Shown: piece by piece, positions 40,278 through 50,872 of the stretch | Numbering within the stretch: the stretch's first letter is position 1 | How the letters are laid out: each line of letters starts with the position of its first letter | Assembly: GCA_046538485.1 (NCBI GenBank) | Contig: JBKHIT010000015.1 | Coordinates: 1-64,000 of the forward strand | From: Candidatus Brocadiia bacterium | Lineage (GTDB): Bacteria > Planctomycetota > Brocadiia > SM23-32 | DNA length: 64,000 nt | Reading direction: 5' to 3' | Notes under the pieces: generated by a model | The model's database searches: none | The model's input: the letters and a program-made list of their open reading frames with translations, nothing else | What the model was told of the DNA's origin: nothing | Translations under genes and position numbers: made by a program

Positions 40278-41351
40278 ATGTCATCGCTTTACGAACCGTT
40301 GTCCAGAGAACAAGTCGCGGCAGTTGTGGAAGGAAGCGGAGACAGTCGTCCGCCCGCCTACATGCACAAGTGGCCCGGTGAAGGGCTGAGAGAATACCAC
40401 GGTGCTGAAGCCGTCCAGGAGGTATTTGCGCCGTACCCGGACGATGTGGTGGCCGGCAATGTGATCCAGCCCGGCGGCTGGGAGGCTCCCGAAGGATTTG
40501 CGGAGAATTACCGGTGGGCCTGGAAAGACAAATCGGAGGGTGAAGGTGGGGAGAAACACGGGCATGACAGCGGTGGGCGAATACTGGAAGATATGGATGA
40601 ACTCGATGCGTTTCTTGACGATTTCCCTCGGGCCGACAATCCTGCTGTTTTCGAGCCGGTGCGTGAAGCGGTGGAAAGGTCGAATGGACAGTACGTGATA
40701 GGGTGGGCGTGGAACAATTTCTATGAGCGTCTGTGGGGTATCAGGGGCATGCAGTATATACTCATGGATTTTCATATCAATCCTGAGAAGACCAAACGTC
40801 TGTGTGAAGCCCTTCTGGATTTAGTGCTGAAATTTGTCGAAGGTGTGGCGGAAGCCGGGGCGGACGGATTTGCCACAAGCAACGATCTGGGGCATCAGAC
40901 GGGTCTGATGATGAGCCCGGAAAAGTTTCGAGAATTTCTCAAACCCCTCCACGTGGAGGTTGCACGGGCCTGCCATGAGCATGGTTTGCACTACTGGATG
41001 CATTCATGCGGCAACTTGACCGACGTGGTGGAAGATATGATCGAGCTGGAATTGGACTGTCTGCATCCGCTGCAGTACGGCGCAATGGACTGGTGCGAAA
41101 CGGCTGAACTTATTGACGGCCGAATGACAGCCTGGCCCGGCATCGATGTCCAGCACATCCTTCAGGAAGAGGATCCCGAGGGTGTGCGCGAACATGTCCG
41201 CGATTTGATCGACACATTTTACATACCCGGACGTGGGCGGTGTGTGGTGGCGGCGGGAAACGGGATTACCGGCTCGACCCCACTGGAGAATATCGATGCG
41301 TTTCTGGATGAGACCTTCCGGTATGGGCTGGAAATAACGCATAAAGGTTAG
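40278..41351 (+). CDS. Uroporphyrinogen decarboxylase/MtaA-family protein
   Basis: IRGMQ; NDLGHQ.GLMMSP..FREF.KP; MHSCG; PLENI. Confidence 0.85.
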   Translation: MSSLYEPLSREQVAAVVEGSGDSRPPAYMHKWPGEGLREYHGAEAVQEVFAPYPDDVVAGNVIQPGGWEAPEGFAENYRWAWKDKSEGEGGEKHGHDSGGRILEDMDELDAFLDDFPRADNPAVFEPVREAVERSNGQYVIGWAWNNFYERLWGIRGMQYILMDFHINPEKTKRLCEALLDLVLKFVEGVAEAGADGFATSNDLGHQTGLMMSPEKFREFLKPLHVEVARACHEHGLHYWMHSCGNLTDVVEDMIELELDCLHPLQYGAMDWCETAELIDGRMTAWPGIDVQHILQEEDPEGVREHVRDLIDTFYIPGRGRCVVAAGNGITGSTPLENIDAFLDETFRYGLEITHKG

Positions 41352-41515
41352 GCTCTGTCTGAAAATACGGATCTGGATTCGAGCGGCTGCATTTGCGGCT
41401 GGCTTTGTCCGCCTGTATCGGCTTATCTCCACTGGATAGGCCTGCTTCGGCGTCCGCGCCATCCGCAAATTCGCTCGCTCTCGGTCCGACGACCGCATTC
41501 TCAGACAGAGCCTAG
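41349..41515. mobile_element. About 165-bp MITE D
   Basis: Ends TAGGCTCTGTCTGA...TCAGACAGAGCCTA; left TAG is the upstream stop codon; right CTAG is shared with MITE B. Confidence 0.75.
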
Positions 41516-41785
41516 TGGTCCCTGACACTTGATTTTACCGGTTCAGAGCAGTTCTGCCGAGGTCAGTTCGAGGCGCGGCGCCAAAGGTGACCCAGCCGGG
41601 TCCCTGCGAAGCCGCAACGAAGAAATGGCCCGGCAGAATTGCTCCCTACGGGTCGTGCGCTGGCAGCCCATATGCGGTGTTGCAGTTCGGCGTGGACCCG
41701 TTTGGGTCGAACTTCTCACTGCGCCTTGCATATGCACTACCAGCGCCCGACTGAACCGGTAAAATCAAGTGTCAGGGACCACTAG
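41512..41785 (+). mobile_element. 274-bp MITE B, copy 2
   Basis: Perfect 35-bp inverted ends including CTAG: CTAGTGGTCCCTGACACTTGATTTTACCGGTTCAG; two internal hairpin arms. Confidence 0.9.
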
Positions 41786-42137
41786 TGCTGCTGGCTGTGG
41801 CACGGAGTTTGTCTTCCATCTGTATCCATTCGTGTTTATTGCTATTTCTCTCCAAAATCCTAATCACCGGGGTCGTCCCGCCTGTAATTTGTGTTAATTT
41901 TTGCGTCGGAGTTGGATGGATGCGTTGAATTCGCAATAGGGGTCATCAATCCCCGAGCGGTCGAATGTGCGAGCGCACTTACAGGGGGGCAGAAGTGACT
42001 GGTGAGATATCCGATAAGGGGATGGGAGTGCAAAGATGCGGGGATCTGATTGTCGGTAACTGGAAAAGGGAGCCTGCGGACCACACAGAAAAACATGAAA
42101 ACGAAGAGCGATCGACAACACGGGCAAACCAGATCAA

Positions 42138-42869
42138 TCAGTCAGTCAGGGCTGAACTGTTTTCGTCGAGAACGAGGATTCGTCCGCAGTTGTGGCAGAA
42201 AACGAGTTTATTTTCTCGCATGAGCTCGTTTTCGGTTTGTTTGGGAAGACTTGTGAAGCAGCCCTGGCAGATCCGGTTTGTGGCTCTCACAACTGCCGTT
42301 GTCCCGCGCGATTTAGCCAGCCTGTCGTAAGTGCTGAGAGCTTCCGTGGCAATCTCTTCCCGCATTTTTTCTTCTTGTTCCTGCAGCTTCTTGATCTCCC
42401 GATCGTATTCGGCCTGTTTTTGGCTGACCCGCTGTTTGATCTCGTGGAGTTTTTGCTCCTCTTCGGCCAATTTCTTCTCTGTGTCTTCTCTTTTGCCTTG
42501 AAGGTCCTCGATTTTTTCGAGGAGCTCGAGTTCTTCGTCTTCCCACCGGGACATATCCGCCACGTTACTCATCATTTTGTTACGAATTGCATCGTAATCG
42601 CTCTGTCTTTTGGTTGTGTTGAGCTGTATTTTAAGCCGCTCATTTTCTTCTTCGGCGGATTCTATTTTGACCTCGAAGGCGTCGGCGTCCTTTTGAGCCT
42701 GTTGTTTTTGGTTTTGGAACTCTTTCAGTTTGTGTTCCAGGTCGGCCACCTTTTTTTCTTGTTCTTCAATATCACGCTGGAGGACGGCCCTATCTTTCTG
42801 GCATTGTTCGATTTGGGTTGTAAGTTCTTGCAGCTCGAGCAGTTTTTGAACCGTTTGTTGGGCCGACAT
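42138..42869 (-). CDS. Coiled-coil + C4 zinc-ribbon protein (DUF164/CT398-like)
   Basis: Long heptad region followed by CQGC...CHNCGRIL; located downstream of rpoD. Confidence 0.88.
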   Translation of the reverse strand: MSAQQTVQKLLELQELTTQIEQCQKDRAVLQRDIEEQEKKVADLEHKLKEFQNQKQQAQKDADAFEVKIESAEEENERLKIQLNTTKRQSDYDAIRNKMMSNVADMSRWEDEELELLEKIEDLQGKREDTEKKLAEEEQKLHEIKQRVSQKQAEYDREIKKLQEQEEKMREEIATEALSTYDRLAKSRGTTAVVRATNRICQGCFTSLPKQTENELMRENKLVFCHNCGRILVLDENSSALTD

Positions 42870-42894
42870 TTTTTCTGAGCCTCTTTCAAGTAAT

Positions 42895-42929
42895 AAAAAA
42901 AGGCCCGAGCTCATTCGGCGAGCCGGGCC
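42895..42929 (-). terminator. Rho-independent terminator downstream of rpoD
   Basis: GGCCCGGCTC...GAGCTCGGGCC hairpin followed by T7 on the minus strand. Confidence 0.6.
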
Positions 42930-43069
42930 GCGAGGGCGCACGTGGATTCGCTGCCTCCCCAGCAGCGTTTCCCGGAAAAACCGGTGGGGAAGGGCAGTGT
43001 TTGCATCTTCATCCTTGGTATCACATCTAATCTCCGGGGTTCTTAAAACGATTTGTGCAACGCGACAGT

Positions 43070-44743
43070 TTAAGCGTTTTCAGCGAGTCCGTCAACGAAG
43101 CCTTCAAGTTTTCGGCTTCGGACCGGATGCTGGAGTTTCCGTATGGCTTTTGCTTCGATCTGTCGAACGCGTTCACGGGTGACGTTAAAGACGCGCCCGA
43201 CTTCTTCCAGAGTGTAAGTATAGCCGTCTCCAAGTCCGTAGCGCAGTTTGATGATTTCCCGTTCTCGGTAGGTGAGGGTATCGAGAACGTTTTCGATTTT
43301 ATCTTTAAGCATTTCCTGCGTTGCTACAGATACGGGCGACTCGGCGTTTTCGTCTTCAATAAATTCTCCGAAGGAACTTTCCTCGCTATCGCCAACGGGA
43401 CGATCGAGGCTGATGGGTTTTCGGGAGATTTTCAGCACCCGGCGTGTTTCTTCTACGCTGAGGTCGGCTTCTTCGGCAAGTTCTTCCAGGGTAGGTTCGC
43501 GGCCGAGACGTTGGGAGAGCTTTTTCATCGTCTCGCGGATACTACTCATGGTTTCGATCATATGGACGGGGATTCGAATGGTGCGTGCCTGGTCGGCGAT
43601 CGAACGGGTAATAGCCTGGCGAATCCACCAGGTCGCGTATGTGCTGAATTTGAATCCACGTCGGTATTCGTATTTGTCCACCGCGCGCATAAGGCCGGTA
43701 TTCCCCTCCTGGATGAGATCGAGGAAACTGAGCCCCCGGTTGCGGTATTTTTTGGCTATACTCACAACAAGACGGAGGTTTCCGGCAGAGAGTTCTTGTT
43801 TGGCCCTTTCATAGCGATCGTGAGCGGTTTGTGTGGCTTCTACTCTTCGTAGAAAGACGTCCGATGGCAGACAGAGCTGGTTCTCGAGATGTCGCAGCTC
43901 AGCTTCCATGCCGCGGCGTTGCGCTTTTGTTGGGGCTTCACGTCCGGTCTGGCTGAGTTTGCGTTTAATCGTACAGATACGATCATAGGTTTTGTTGATT
44001 TTTTGCATGATGGGTTGGATTTTCCGCGTGCGGAGCCCGAGTTCCTCAAGGAGGATTTGAGCTTTCCGGCAGCGGTTTTGCATTTCGCGGAGTTTTTGCA
44101 CCCGTTTGTTCCCATCCATCCCTTTTTCGCGCCACTTTTCCCAGATGTCGCGAATCTGGGCGATCAATTTATGAATTGTTTCGATATTCTGAGGCAATCG
44201 AGTGGCGAGCGCATCTTTTTCAACATCATCGACGGCAGCGATATTGAGTGTCCGATCGAAAGGCACCTCCCCTTCATGGACGTTTTCCATTATGTTCAGG
44301 CATTTCTCAATACCCGGTATGAACTGTGTGATACGTTTGCGGAAGCGTTTCCTGGCGATTTCGATGCGTTTAGCGTGCGCGATTTCTTCTTCGCGGCTCA
44401 GGAGAGGAATCTCTCCCATCTGCGTCAGGTACATTCGCACGGGATCATCGATTTTATCGGTGCTTCCGACGAGTTGTTCTTCTTCATCGTCTTCTTCCTC
44501 TTCTTCAGGGAGTTCTTTCCCAGGTTCTTCTTCGAGTTCCGATTTATCTATAAGGTCGATTCCCTTCTCATCGAGACTGAGAAGGACCTCATCAATGTAT
44601 TCCGGGCTGACGGCCTTATCAGGCAAGAGGTCGTTCATTTCTTCGTAGGTCAAAAAGCCCTTTTCCTGACCTCGGCTCACGAGTTCCTCGATTTCTTCTC
44701 CCAGAACCGGAGTTTCGGCCTGCTTTTCTTTTTTGTCAGTCAT
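43070..44743 (-). CDS. rpoD: RNA polymerase primary sigma factor
   Basis: [47 protein letters not shown]. Confidence 0.97.
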   Translation of the reverse strand: MTDKKEKQAETPVLGEEIEELVSRGQEKGFLTYEEMNDLLPDKAVSPEYIDEVLLSLDEKGIDLIDKSELEEEPGKELPEEEEEDDEEEQLVGSTDKIDDPVRMYLTQMGEIPLLSREEEIAHAKRIEIARKRFRKRITQFIPGIEKCLNIMENVHEGEVPFDRTLNIAAVDDVEKDALATRLPQNIETIHKLIAQIRDIWEKWREKGMDGNKRVQKLREMQNRCRKAQILLEELGLRTRKIQPIMQKINKTYDRICTIKRKLSQTGREAPTKAQRRGMEAELRHLENQLCLPSDVFLRRVEATQTAHDRYERAKQELSAGNLRLVVSIAKKYRNRGLSFLDLIQEGNTGLMRAVDKYEYRRGFKFSTYATWWIRQAITRSIADQARTIRIPVHMIETMSSIRETMKKLSQRLGREPTLEELAEEADLSVEETRRVLKISRKPISLDRPVGDSEESSFGEFIEDENAESPVSVATQEMLKDKIENVLDTLTYREREIIKLRYGLGDGYTYTLEEVGRVFNVTRERVRQIEAKAIRKLQHPVRSRKLEGFVDGLAENA

Positions 44744-46571
44744 CAGTATTCCTTTTCCAGATTCGGGCTATTCTCTGGTCTTCTTGCTTGAGACGTTTTT
44801 GGAAATCGCGAATTCTTTCATCTGACACCCGGTCCAGCGAGTCACCGGAGGCTTCTTCTGATTCGGTCTCGGGACTTTTGCGTGTACTTTGATTTTGGCC
44901 TTTTCTCTGGAGGTATTCGATGTATTCCTGGTAACGATCCAGGGGGGGCGAGTTTTTGATGGTAGCTTTCCGTCGTTTTTCAGCTTCTCGTGTTCGGGTT
45001 GCAAGGACCACCAGGTCCGAGTTTTCCAGTGAGTTTATGAAACCTGCGGCATCGGGCGAAGATTGTTCACGACAGTACTCCACGAAGTGCTGAAGCAAAG
45101 TGCGTTCGGGAGATTCCGGCAGTAATTCAAGATCCAGGTTTTGAACAGCTTGATCTCGGACGTTTTTGTTAGCAAGGATAAGTCCGAGTAAATCTTCCCG
45201 TAGGACTTTCTCTGCGCTCAGTCGGGCGACATCTTTGTGACCTTCTCGTGGCGGAGAATACCGTCTTTTATCGTTCCACGTGCGCTCCAGATAGGCGAAC
45301 GCGCTCTGCTCAGAGACACCGACCTCGCGCGCTATCGTTCGCACGAGTATATCTCTTCGGGCTTCGTTCTGAACCTCAAGTGCCATTTCAGCAAGATCTT
45401 CAAAAGCGCTGGACCGCCCATTGACGGTGTTCATATCGTATTGTTCTGAGGCTCGTTTGAGACGAAATTCGAGGAAATCCATATCCTCATTGATTCTTTC
45501 CCGAAAAACGTCGGGCCCGTGCTTGAGCAAGAAATCACAGGGATCCAACCCTTCAGGAAGCTGAACAATGCGCGGCTCAATATCTTCGGCGAGAAGGACT
45601 TCTATGCTCCGGGTTGCGGATTTTATCCCGGCTTCATCGGGATCGAAGACAAGATGGACCGTCTGGCACAATTTTGAAAGTGTTCGTGCATGCTTTTCTG
45701 TCAATGCCGTGCCCAATACGGCCATGGTGGCATCCAGACCGAATTGATGGCTCATAATGACGTCTGTATAACCTTCGACGATCACAGCTTCTTTATTGGA
45801 TCGGATTGAATCTCGTGCTTCGCAGAACCCGTAGAGGCAACGGCTTTTGTCAAAAATCGGACCCGCCGGGCTATTGAGGTACTTAGCGTCTTGATCTTCG
45901 GCCAAAGCCCGACCACCAAAACCGATGACCCTTGCGTTCCGGTCCCGCACTGGAAACATGAGCCGGTTGCGGAACCGATCGTAGTATCCTTCCGATTCGG
46001 AACGCGGTACCACCAAGCCAGCTTCTTCCAGCATAGAAGGGCTGATGCTGCGGCGGTTCGCGAGGTTCAACAGGTGATCCCACCCTTCCGGGGCGTAACC
46101 AATTCTCCATTTTTCGATCGACTTTTCGTTGATCTGGCGTTCTTTCAGATAAGACCGCGCTCTGTCAGACCCGCCCGCTTTCTCAAGGCATTTTTCATAA
46201 AAAGTGCTGGCGAGTTCGTTAATCTGTCGGAGCGATTTTAGCTCGTCGCGGGACGGCCCATCTTCAGTTTTATACCGACTCAGATCAACTCCGGCATCCT
46301 GGGCCAGTTGGCGGAGAGCCTCCTGGAATTCCAGTCCTTCAACGTCCTTCAGAAATGTGAAGATATTTCCGCCCTGACCACATCCAAAGCAATAATAGAG
46401 ACCCTCTTCGGGATCGACGGTAAAAGAGGGGGTTTTTTCTTTGTGGAAAGGGCAGAGGCCCCAGAACCGATTGCCTCGTTTTTTCAAATCCGTGTAACGG
46501 CTGATAATGCGTACGATGTCTGCGGAATGTACTATTTGCTGAATGACGTGTTCAGGAACTTTGCCCCGCAA
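44736..46571 (-). CDS. dnaG: DNA primase
   Basis: [42 protein letters not shown]; start uncertain (TTG 46571 or 46616). Confidence 0.96.
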   Translation of the reverse strand: MRGKVPEHVIQQIVHSADIVRIISRYTDLKKRGNRFWGLCPFHKEKTPSFTVDPEEGLYYCFGCGQGGNIFTFLKDVEGLEFQEALRQLAQDAGVDLSRYKTEDGPSRDELKSLRQINELASTFYEKCLEKAGGSDRARSYLKERQINEKSIEKWRIGYAPEGWDHLLNLANRRSISPSMLEEAGLVVPRSESEGYYDRFRNRLMFPVRDRNARVIGFGGRALAEDQDAKYLNSPAGPIFDKSRCLYGFCEARDSIRSNKEAVIVEGYTDVIMSHQFGLDATMAVLGTALTEKHARTLSKLCQTVHLVFDPDEAGIKSATRSIEVLLAEDIEPRIVQLPEGLDPCDFLLKHGPDVFRERINEDMDFLEFRLKRASEQYDMNTVNGRSSAFEDLAEMALEVQNEARRDILVRTIAREVGVSEQSAFAYLERTWNDKRRYSPPREGHKDVARLSAEKVLREDLLGLILANKNVRDQAVQNLDLELLPESPERTLLQHFVEYCREQSSPDAAGFINSLENSDLVVLATRTREAEKRRKATIKNSPPLDRYQEYIEYLQRKGQNQSTRKSPETESEEASGDSLDRVSDERIRDFQKRLKQEDQRIARIWKRNTDD

Positions 46572-46654
46572 GAACTTTCCTTCGCGGTGGATCAGGACTC
46601 TGTAAGAGGACAACAATACCTAAAAAAGCGGAATACCCCCACTTTACTGCGCTT

Positions 46655-46682
46655 ATTATACCACACGTATCTTGTTTTGCAA
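46655..46682 (-). promoter_or_regulatory. Sigma70-like promoter of dnaG-rpoD
   Basis: TTGCAA-16 nt-TATAAT with TGn. Confidence 0.6.
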
Positions 46683-46839
46683 GAGCGGTTTCCGTCTTTT
46701 CTGGAAAAAGTTAATGGTTTTTCAACAAACGGATATTGAGATCCCATTTTTGCAGGCAGTTGGTTTACGTATGCTTGGGTTTAAACTATAATCAAGCTCC
46801 GGGCATTTTATTTTTCTCATTCTGCGAGAGGATGCGTTT

Positions 46840-47859
46840 ATGAGCTGGCAACGAGACATCGTGGATTTGAAACGAGAATTTAAGCAGTACAGTCAGGATT
46901 TTATGGCCATCCTGAAACTTGCGCTCGTGGTTGCTATTCTTGGAGTAATCGCCTGGTTTTTGCTGAGTTCCTTCTATACGGTCGATGCACGTGAACAGGC
47001 TGTAATTCTTAGATTTGGGAAGGAGAGTGGAATACGGGAGCCCGGGTTGCACTGGAAACTGCCTTTTGGGATCGACAAAGCGAAGAAAGTCGCTGTGCGG
47101 GAGAAAAAGCGCCAGGAATTCGGACTGCGAACAAAAGAGGCGGGTGTGCGAACGGTCTATATGCAAGAGACGGAAGAGATTCTTGAAGAGGGGCGGATGC
47201 TGACCGGCGATCTGAACATTCTGGTGGTTCCCTGGATTGTTCGCTACCGCGTGTCCGATATTCGTAATTACCTTTTTAACGTGTGCAATCCAGAGATAAC
47301 TCTCCGGGATGTTTCCGAAGCCGTTATGCGCACTATTGTGGGTAATAGTTCCGTGGATGAGGTGCTTACCACGGATCGTGAACGTGTCCAGGCCGAAGCG
47401 CAGGTCCAGATTCAAGATAAACTGAATGATTACGAGATCGGCATCGACATTCTGAGCGTCAGGCTTAAAGATGTTACACCGCCCGAGCTTGTGAAAGATG
47501 CGTTCAACCAGGTGAATCAGGCCCGTCAGCGGAAAAAAACGATTGAAAACGAGGCGATCGCAGAAAGAAATAGTAAAATTCCGGAGGCCAGTGGGAAAAA
47601 AGAGCGTATGATCGAAGAAGCCCGGGGGTATAAGGCCCGACGGGTGAACGAAGCGGAAGGGAATGTGGCCCGCTTCACGAAGCTCTTGAAAGTGCATTCG
47701 GTAGCGCCGGATATTACGGAGCAAAGGCTGTATTTTGAGGCCATGCAAGAAGTGTTTCCGAAAGCGAGACAGAAATACGTGATCGATTCAAAGTCCGGAG
47801 ATCTACTGAAATTTCTTGACTTGCACGGTGAGGGCGAACAGAAAGGGGCCAGAAGATGA
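46840..47859 (+). CDS. hflK: FtsH protease modulator HflK
   Basis: TM then SPFH: RFGK..PGLHWKLPFGID; MLTGDLN; V.DAF; AEG...RF. Confidence 0.92.
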   Translation: MSWQRDIVDLKREFKQYSQDFMAILKLALVVAILGVIAWFLLSSFYTVDAREQAVILRFGKESGIREPGLHWKLPFGIDKAKKVAVREKKRQEFGLRTKEAGVRTVYMQETEEILEEGRMLTGDLNILVVPWIVRYRVSDIRNYLFNVCNPEITLRDVSEAVMRTIVGNSSVDEVLTTDRERVQAEAQVQIQDKLNDYEIGIDILSVRLKDVTPPELVKDAFNQVNQARQRKKTIENEAIAERNSKIPEASGKKERMIEEARGYKARRVNEAEGNVARFTKLLKVHSVAPDITEQRLYFEAMQEVFPKARQKYVIDSKSGDLLKFLDLHGEGEQKGARR

Positions 47860-48881
47860 AAAAGATACTGACGGGCGGAGCAATAGTGGTGATTCTGGTT
47901 GTGGGCGCCATTGTGGTCTTCAGCGGGTTATATGTCGTCGACGAGACCCAGCAGGCTGTCGTAACCCAATTTCGCGAGGTGGTCAACATCGTGAAAGAAC
48001 CGGGTTTGAAATGGAAAGTGCCATTTATTCAGAAGGTTTCGTATTACGAAAAACGGCTGTTGGAATGGGACGGAGATCCCAACCAGATTCCTACGGTGGG
48101 GAAAAAATTTATTAGAGTCAATACCTGGGCCCGGTGGCACATCGTCGATCTGGAAAGGTTTTATAACGCGGTCCGCGATGAAATGGGAGGACATGCTGTT
48201 CTTGACGACCAAATCGAATCAGCCCTTCGAAATCACATCAGTGGTCTTGTTTTGGAGGAGGCGGTACGGAGCAGCAGTCGTGAAATGAAGTATGTTACGA
48301 AAGAAATAGAAGAAGCTCAGGAAACCAAACAACAGATCGATGTGGGGCGTAACGAGTTACTGAAACGCGTTCGCGAAAAAGCTAATAACGGATTGCGAAA
48401 AGAATACGGCATGGAATTGGTGAACGTTCAGATCAAACGAATTAACTATGTGGAAAAAGTCCGTCAGGATGTCTACGCAAGAATGCGCTCCGAGCGAAAA
48501 CGTATCGCTGAAAAATATCTTTCTGAGGCTCGCCAGAAAAAGCAACAAATTCTTGGCCGGATGAACCGAACCCTTGAAGAACTGGAATCGGAAGGTTACA
48601 GAGAAGCCGAAACGATCAAAGGGGAAGCCAATGCCGAAGCAGCCCGTATTTACGCAGAAGCCTACGGCCGTTCGCCGGAGTTCTATGGGTTTATGAAATC
48701 TCTGGAGACATACCGTAAAACCATTGACGATCGAACCACCCTTATACTGGGGACGGATTCGCCGTACTTCCGTTATTTGAAGGGTGTGGAGACGGACCGA
48801 AAAACGAGTGATCAATCACCGGAAGGCCTTAATGAGAGAGGGGTGACTGAAGGGCAGCCGAATGAGAAAGAAGAAAAGTAA
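47856..48881 (+). CDS. hflC: FtsH protease modulator HflC
   Basis: QAVVTQF; PGL.WKVPFIQ; RMRSER; PEFYGF.KSLE.Y; ATGA overlap with hflK. Confidence 0.92.
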   Translation: MKKILTGGAIVVILVVGAIVVFSGLYVVDETQQAVVTQFREVVNIVKEPGLKWKVPFIQKVSYYEKRLLEWDGDPNQIPTVGKKFIRVNTWARWHIVDLERFYNAVRDEMGGHAVLDDQIESALRNHISGLVLEEAVRSSSREMKYVTKEIEEAQETKQQIDVGRNELLKRVREKANNGLRKEYGMELVNVQIKRINYVEKVRQDVYARMRSERKRIAEKYLSEARQKKQQILGRMNRTLEELESEGYREAETIKGEANAEAARIYAEAYGRSPEFYGFMKSLETYRKTIDDRTTLILGTDSPYFRYLKGVETDRKTSDQSPEGLNERGVTEGQPNEKEEK

Positions 48882-48938
48882 GCTTTGAGCTGCCAGGGTG
48901 AACGGCGAAGCTGGGCGGATGCATAGGGAAATGGCATT

Positions 48939-49361
48939 ATGACCGAACCGAAGTGGCAGGAAATCAACCATACAGCGGATCTTGCACTCCGTGTCCGAGG
49001 AGATAGCTGGGAAGACCTTCTGACAAATGCGGCGCGCGGGATGATTGATTCTGTGCTCGATCCTGAAAAAATTCGTCCTGCGCAGGAAAAAGAAGTGAGG
49101 GCGAATGCGGATACGCGCGAAGGGCTGATTGTTGAGTTCCTTGAAGAAATTTTGTTTGCTTTTGATGCCGAAAATTTCGCTCCCCGCAACGTTGAGTTGA
49201 ATCACGCCACGGAAAAATCTGTCCGAGCAATTCTGAAAGGAGAAGGTTTTAACCGTGAACGGCATGAAATTCGAAATGCCATCAAGGCTGTGACATGGCA
49301 TCAACTTGAGGTGTTATATCACGATGGAAACTGGGAAGTGACCATTATTTTTGACGTGTAG
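48939..49361 (+). CDS. Archease
   Basis: HTADL; IKAVTWH; C-terminal FDV. Confidence 0.92.
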   Translation: MTEPKWQEINHTADLALRVRGDSWEDLLTNAARGMIDSVLDPEKIRPAQEKEVRANADTREGLIVEFLEEILFAFDAENFAPRNVELNHATEKSVRAILKGEGFNRERHEIRNAIKAVTWHQLEVLYHDGNWEVTIIFDV

Positions 49362-49414
49362 TTCGTTTTGGGCAAGAATTTGACTGGTGAGGATGCGGAG
49401 ACAGGATAAGACCC

Positions 49415-50869
49415 ATGAATGACGAGAAATTTGAGATTACACGAAGGACCGACCTGCTCTGGGAAGTGCCGCGAACTGGAGACATGAACGTTCCGGTCAG
49501 GGTTTATGCCGACGGAGAGTTGTTTGAGAACATTCGGGATGACGGCGCATTGAAACAAGCCGTGAATGTCGCGTGTCTACCGGGGATTGTCAGGGCCTCT
49601 TTTGCAATGCCCGATGCCCACTGGGGATATGGTTTTCCGATCGGCGGCGTGGCAGCTTTTGATTCAGATCATGATGGAGTGATTTCGCCCGGGGGGATTG
49701 GCTTCGATATCAACTGTGGTGTCCGCCTGCTTCGGACCGATCTCCGCAAAGACGACGTGAAGAAACAACTGAATCGACTTTTGGATGCGCTTTACCAGGA
49801 GGTTCCGTGTGGTGTCGGTTCCAGTGGTGGAATTAGAAAATTGTCTTTTTCTGATCTTCGAGATGTGATGCTCCGAGGAGCGGGCTGGGCTGTGGAGCAC
49901 GGATTCGGCCGGCAAGAAGATTTGGAGAGGACAGAGGCGGAGGGGGCGCTCGATGGTGCGGATCCTGATCAGGTGAGCAATAAGGCCGTCAAACGCGGTT
50001 GCCCGCAGGTCGGCACGCTTGGAAGTGGCAATCATTTTTTAGAAGTTGAGATCGTGGATGAGGTCTTCGATGAATCCGCTGCGGATGCATTCGGCGTTCA
50101 AAAGGGGACGATTGCTCTTCAAATACACTGTGGATCGCGCGGTTTTGGCCACCAGGTCTGCAAAGATAACCTGAAACGAATGCAGTCTGCTTCAAATAAG
50201 TACGGAATTAAATTGCCGGATAAGCAGCTCGCTGCGGCACCGTTGGAATCACCGGAGGGGCGACAGTATTTCGGTGCCATGGCGGCGGCGGCGAATTTCG
50301 CGTGGTGCAATCGCCAGGTTATATTGTCGCTCGCGGAATCAGCTCTGGAGAAAGTGTTCGGGGGCGACCGGGACGCGCTTGGGCTGCACCAAGTTTATGA
50401 TGTCTGCCACAATATCGCCAAATTTGAGGAACATCAGGTTGACGGGGAGAACAAAACGCTGTGTGTCCACAGAAAAGGTGCAACACGTGCGTTCCCGCCC
50501 GGCCACCCCGAAGTGTCTGAACCATACCACGACGTGGGCCAGCCGGTATTGATTCCGGGAGACATGGGATCCCATTCGTATTTGCTGGCCGGCGCGAGTC
50601 AGGCGATGAAGGAAGCGTGGGGAAGCTCGTGTCACGGCGCGGGGCGAACGATGAGTCGGAGGGCGGCAAAACAAAAAGCAGCCGGGCGAAATTTGGAAAA
50701 AGAACTGAGTGATCAAGGTGTCATGGCCAGGGCCGAAGGACGCACGACCCTGGCTGAAGAGATGCCATACGCTTACAAAGACATAGAATCCGTCGTCTCG
50801 GTCATGCATGAGAGCGGCATCGTGCGGAAAGTCGCCCGTTTAAAACCGATCGCTGTTGTGAAAGGATAA
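49415..50869 (+). CDS. rtcB: RNA-splicing ligase RtcB (archaeal-like, archease-linked)
   Basis: MPDAHWGYGFPIGGV; DINCG; GSGNHF; HCGSRG; CHN; HRKGAT; HGAGR; EEMPYAYK. Confidence 0.96.
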   Translation: MNDEKFEITRRTDLLWEVPRTGDMNVPVRVYADGELFENIRDDGALKQAVNVACLPGIVRASFAMPDAHWGYGFPIGGVAAFDSDHDGVISPGGIGFDINCGVRLLRTDLRKDDVKKQLNRLLDALYQEVPCGVGSSGGIRKLSFSDLRDVMLRGAGWAVEHGFGRQEDLERTEAEGALDGADPDQVSNKAVKRGCPQVGTLGSGNHFLEVEIVDEVFDESAADAFGVQKGTIALQIHCGSRGFGHQVCKDNLKRMQSASNKYGIKLPDKQLAAAPLESPEGRQYFGAMAAAANFAWCNRQVILSLAESALEKVFGGDRDALGLHQVYDVCHNIAKFEEHQVDGENKTLCVHRKGATRAFPPGHPEVSEPYHDVGQPVLIPGDMGSHSYLLAGASQAMKEAWGSSCHGAGRTMSRRAAKQKAAGRNLEKELSDQGVMARAEGRTTLAEEMPYAYKDIESVVSVMHESGIVRKVARLKPIAVVKG

Positions 50870-50872
50870 AAT

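Noticed and set aside
41790..42137. RNase P RNA downstream of the zinc-ribbon gene
   Set aside because: Conserved rnpB motifs (GAGGAAAGUCC, ACAGAA...CGGC) were not found on either strand.
42930..43069. tRNA or 6S RNA between rpoD and the zinc-ribbon gene
   Set aside because: No cloverleaf or T-loop and no convincing long rod; only short hairpins and a terminator.
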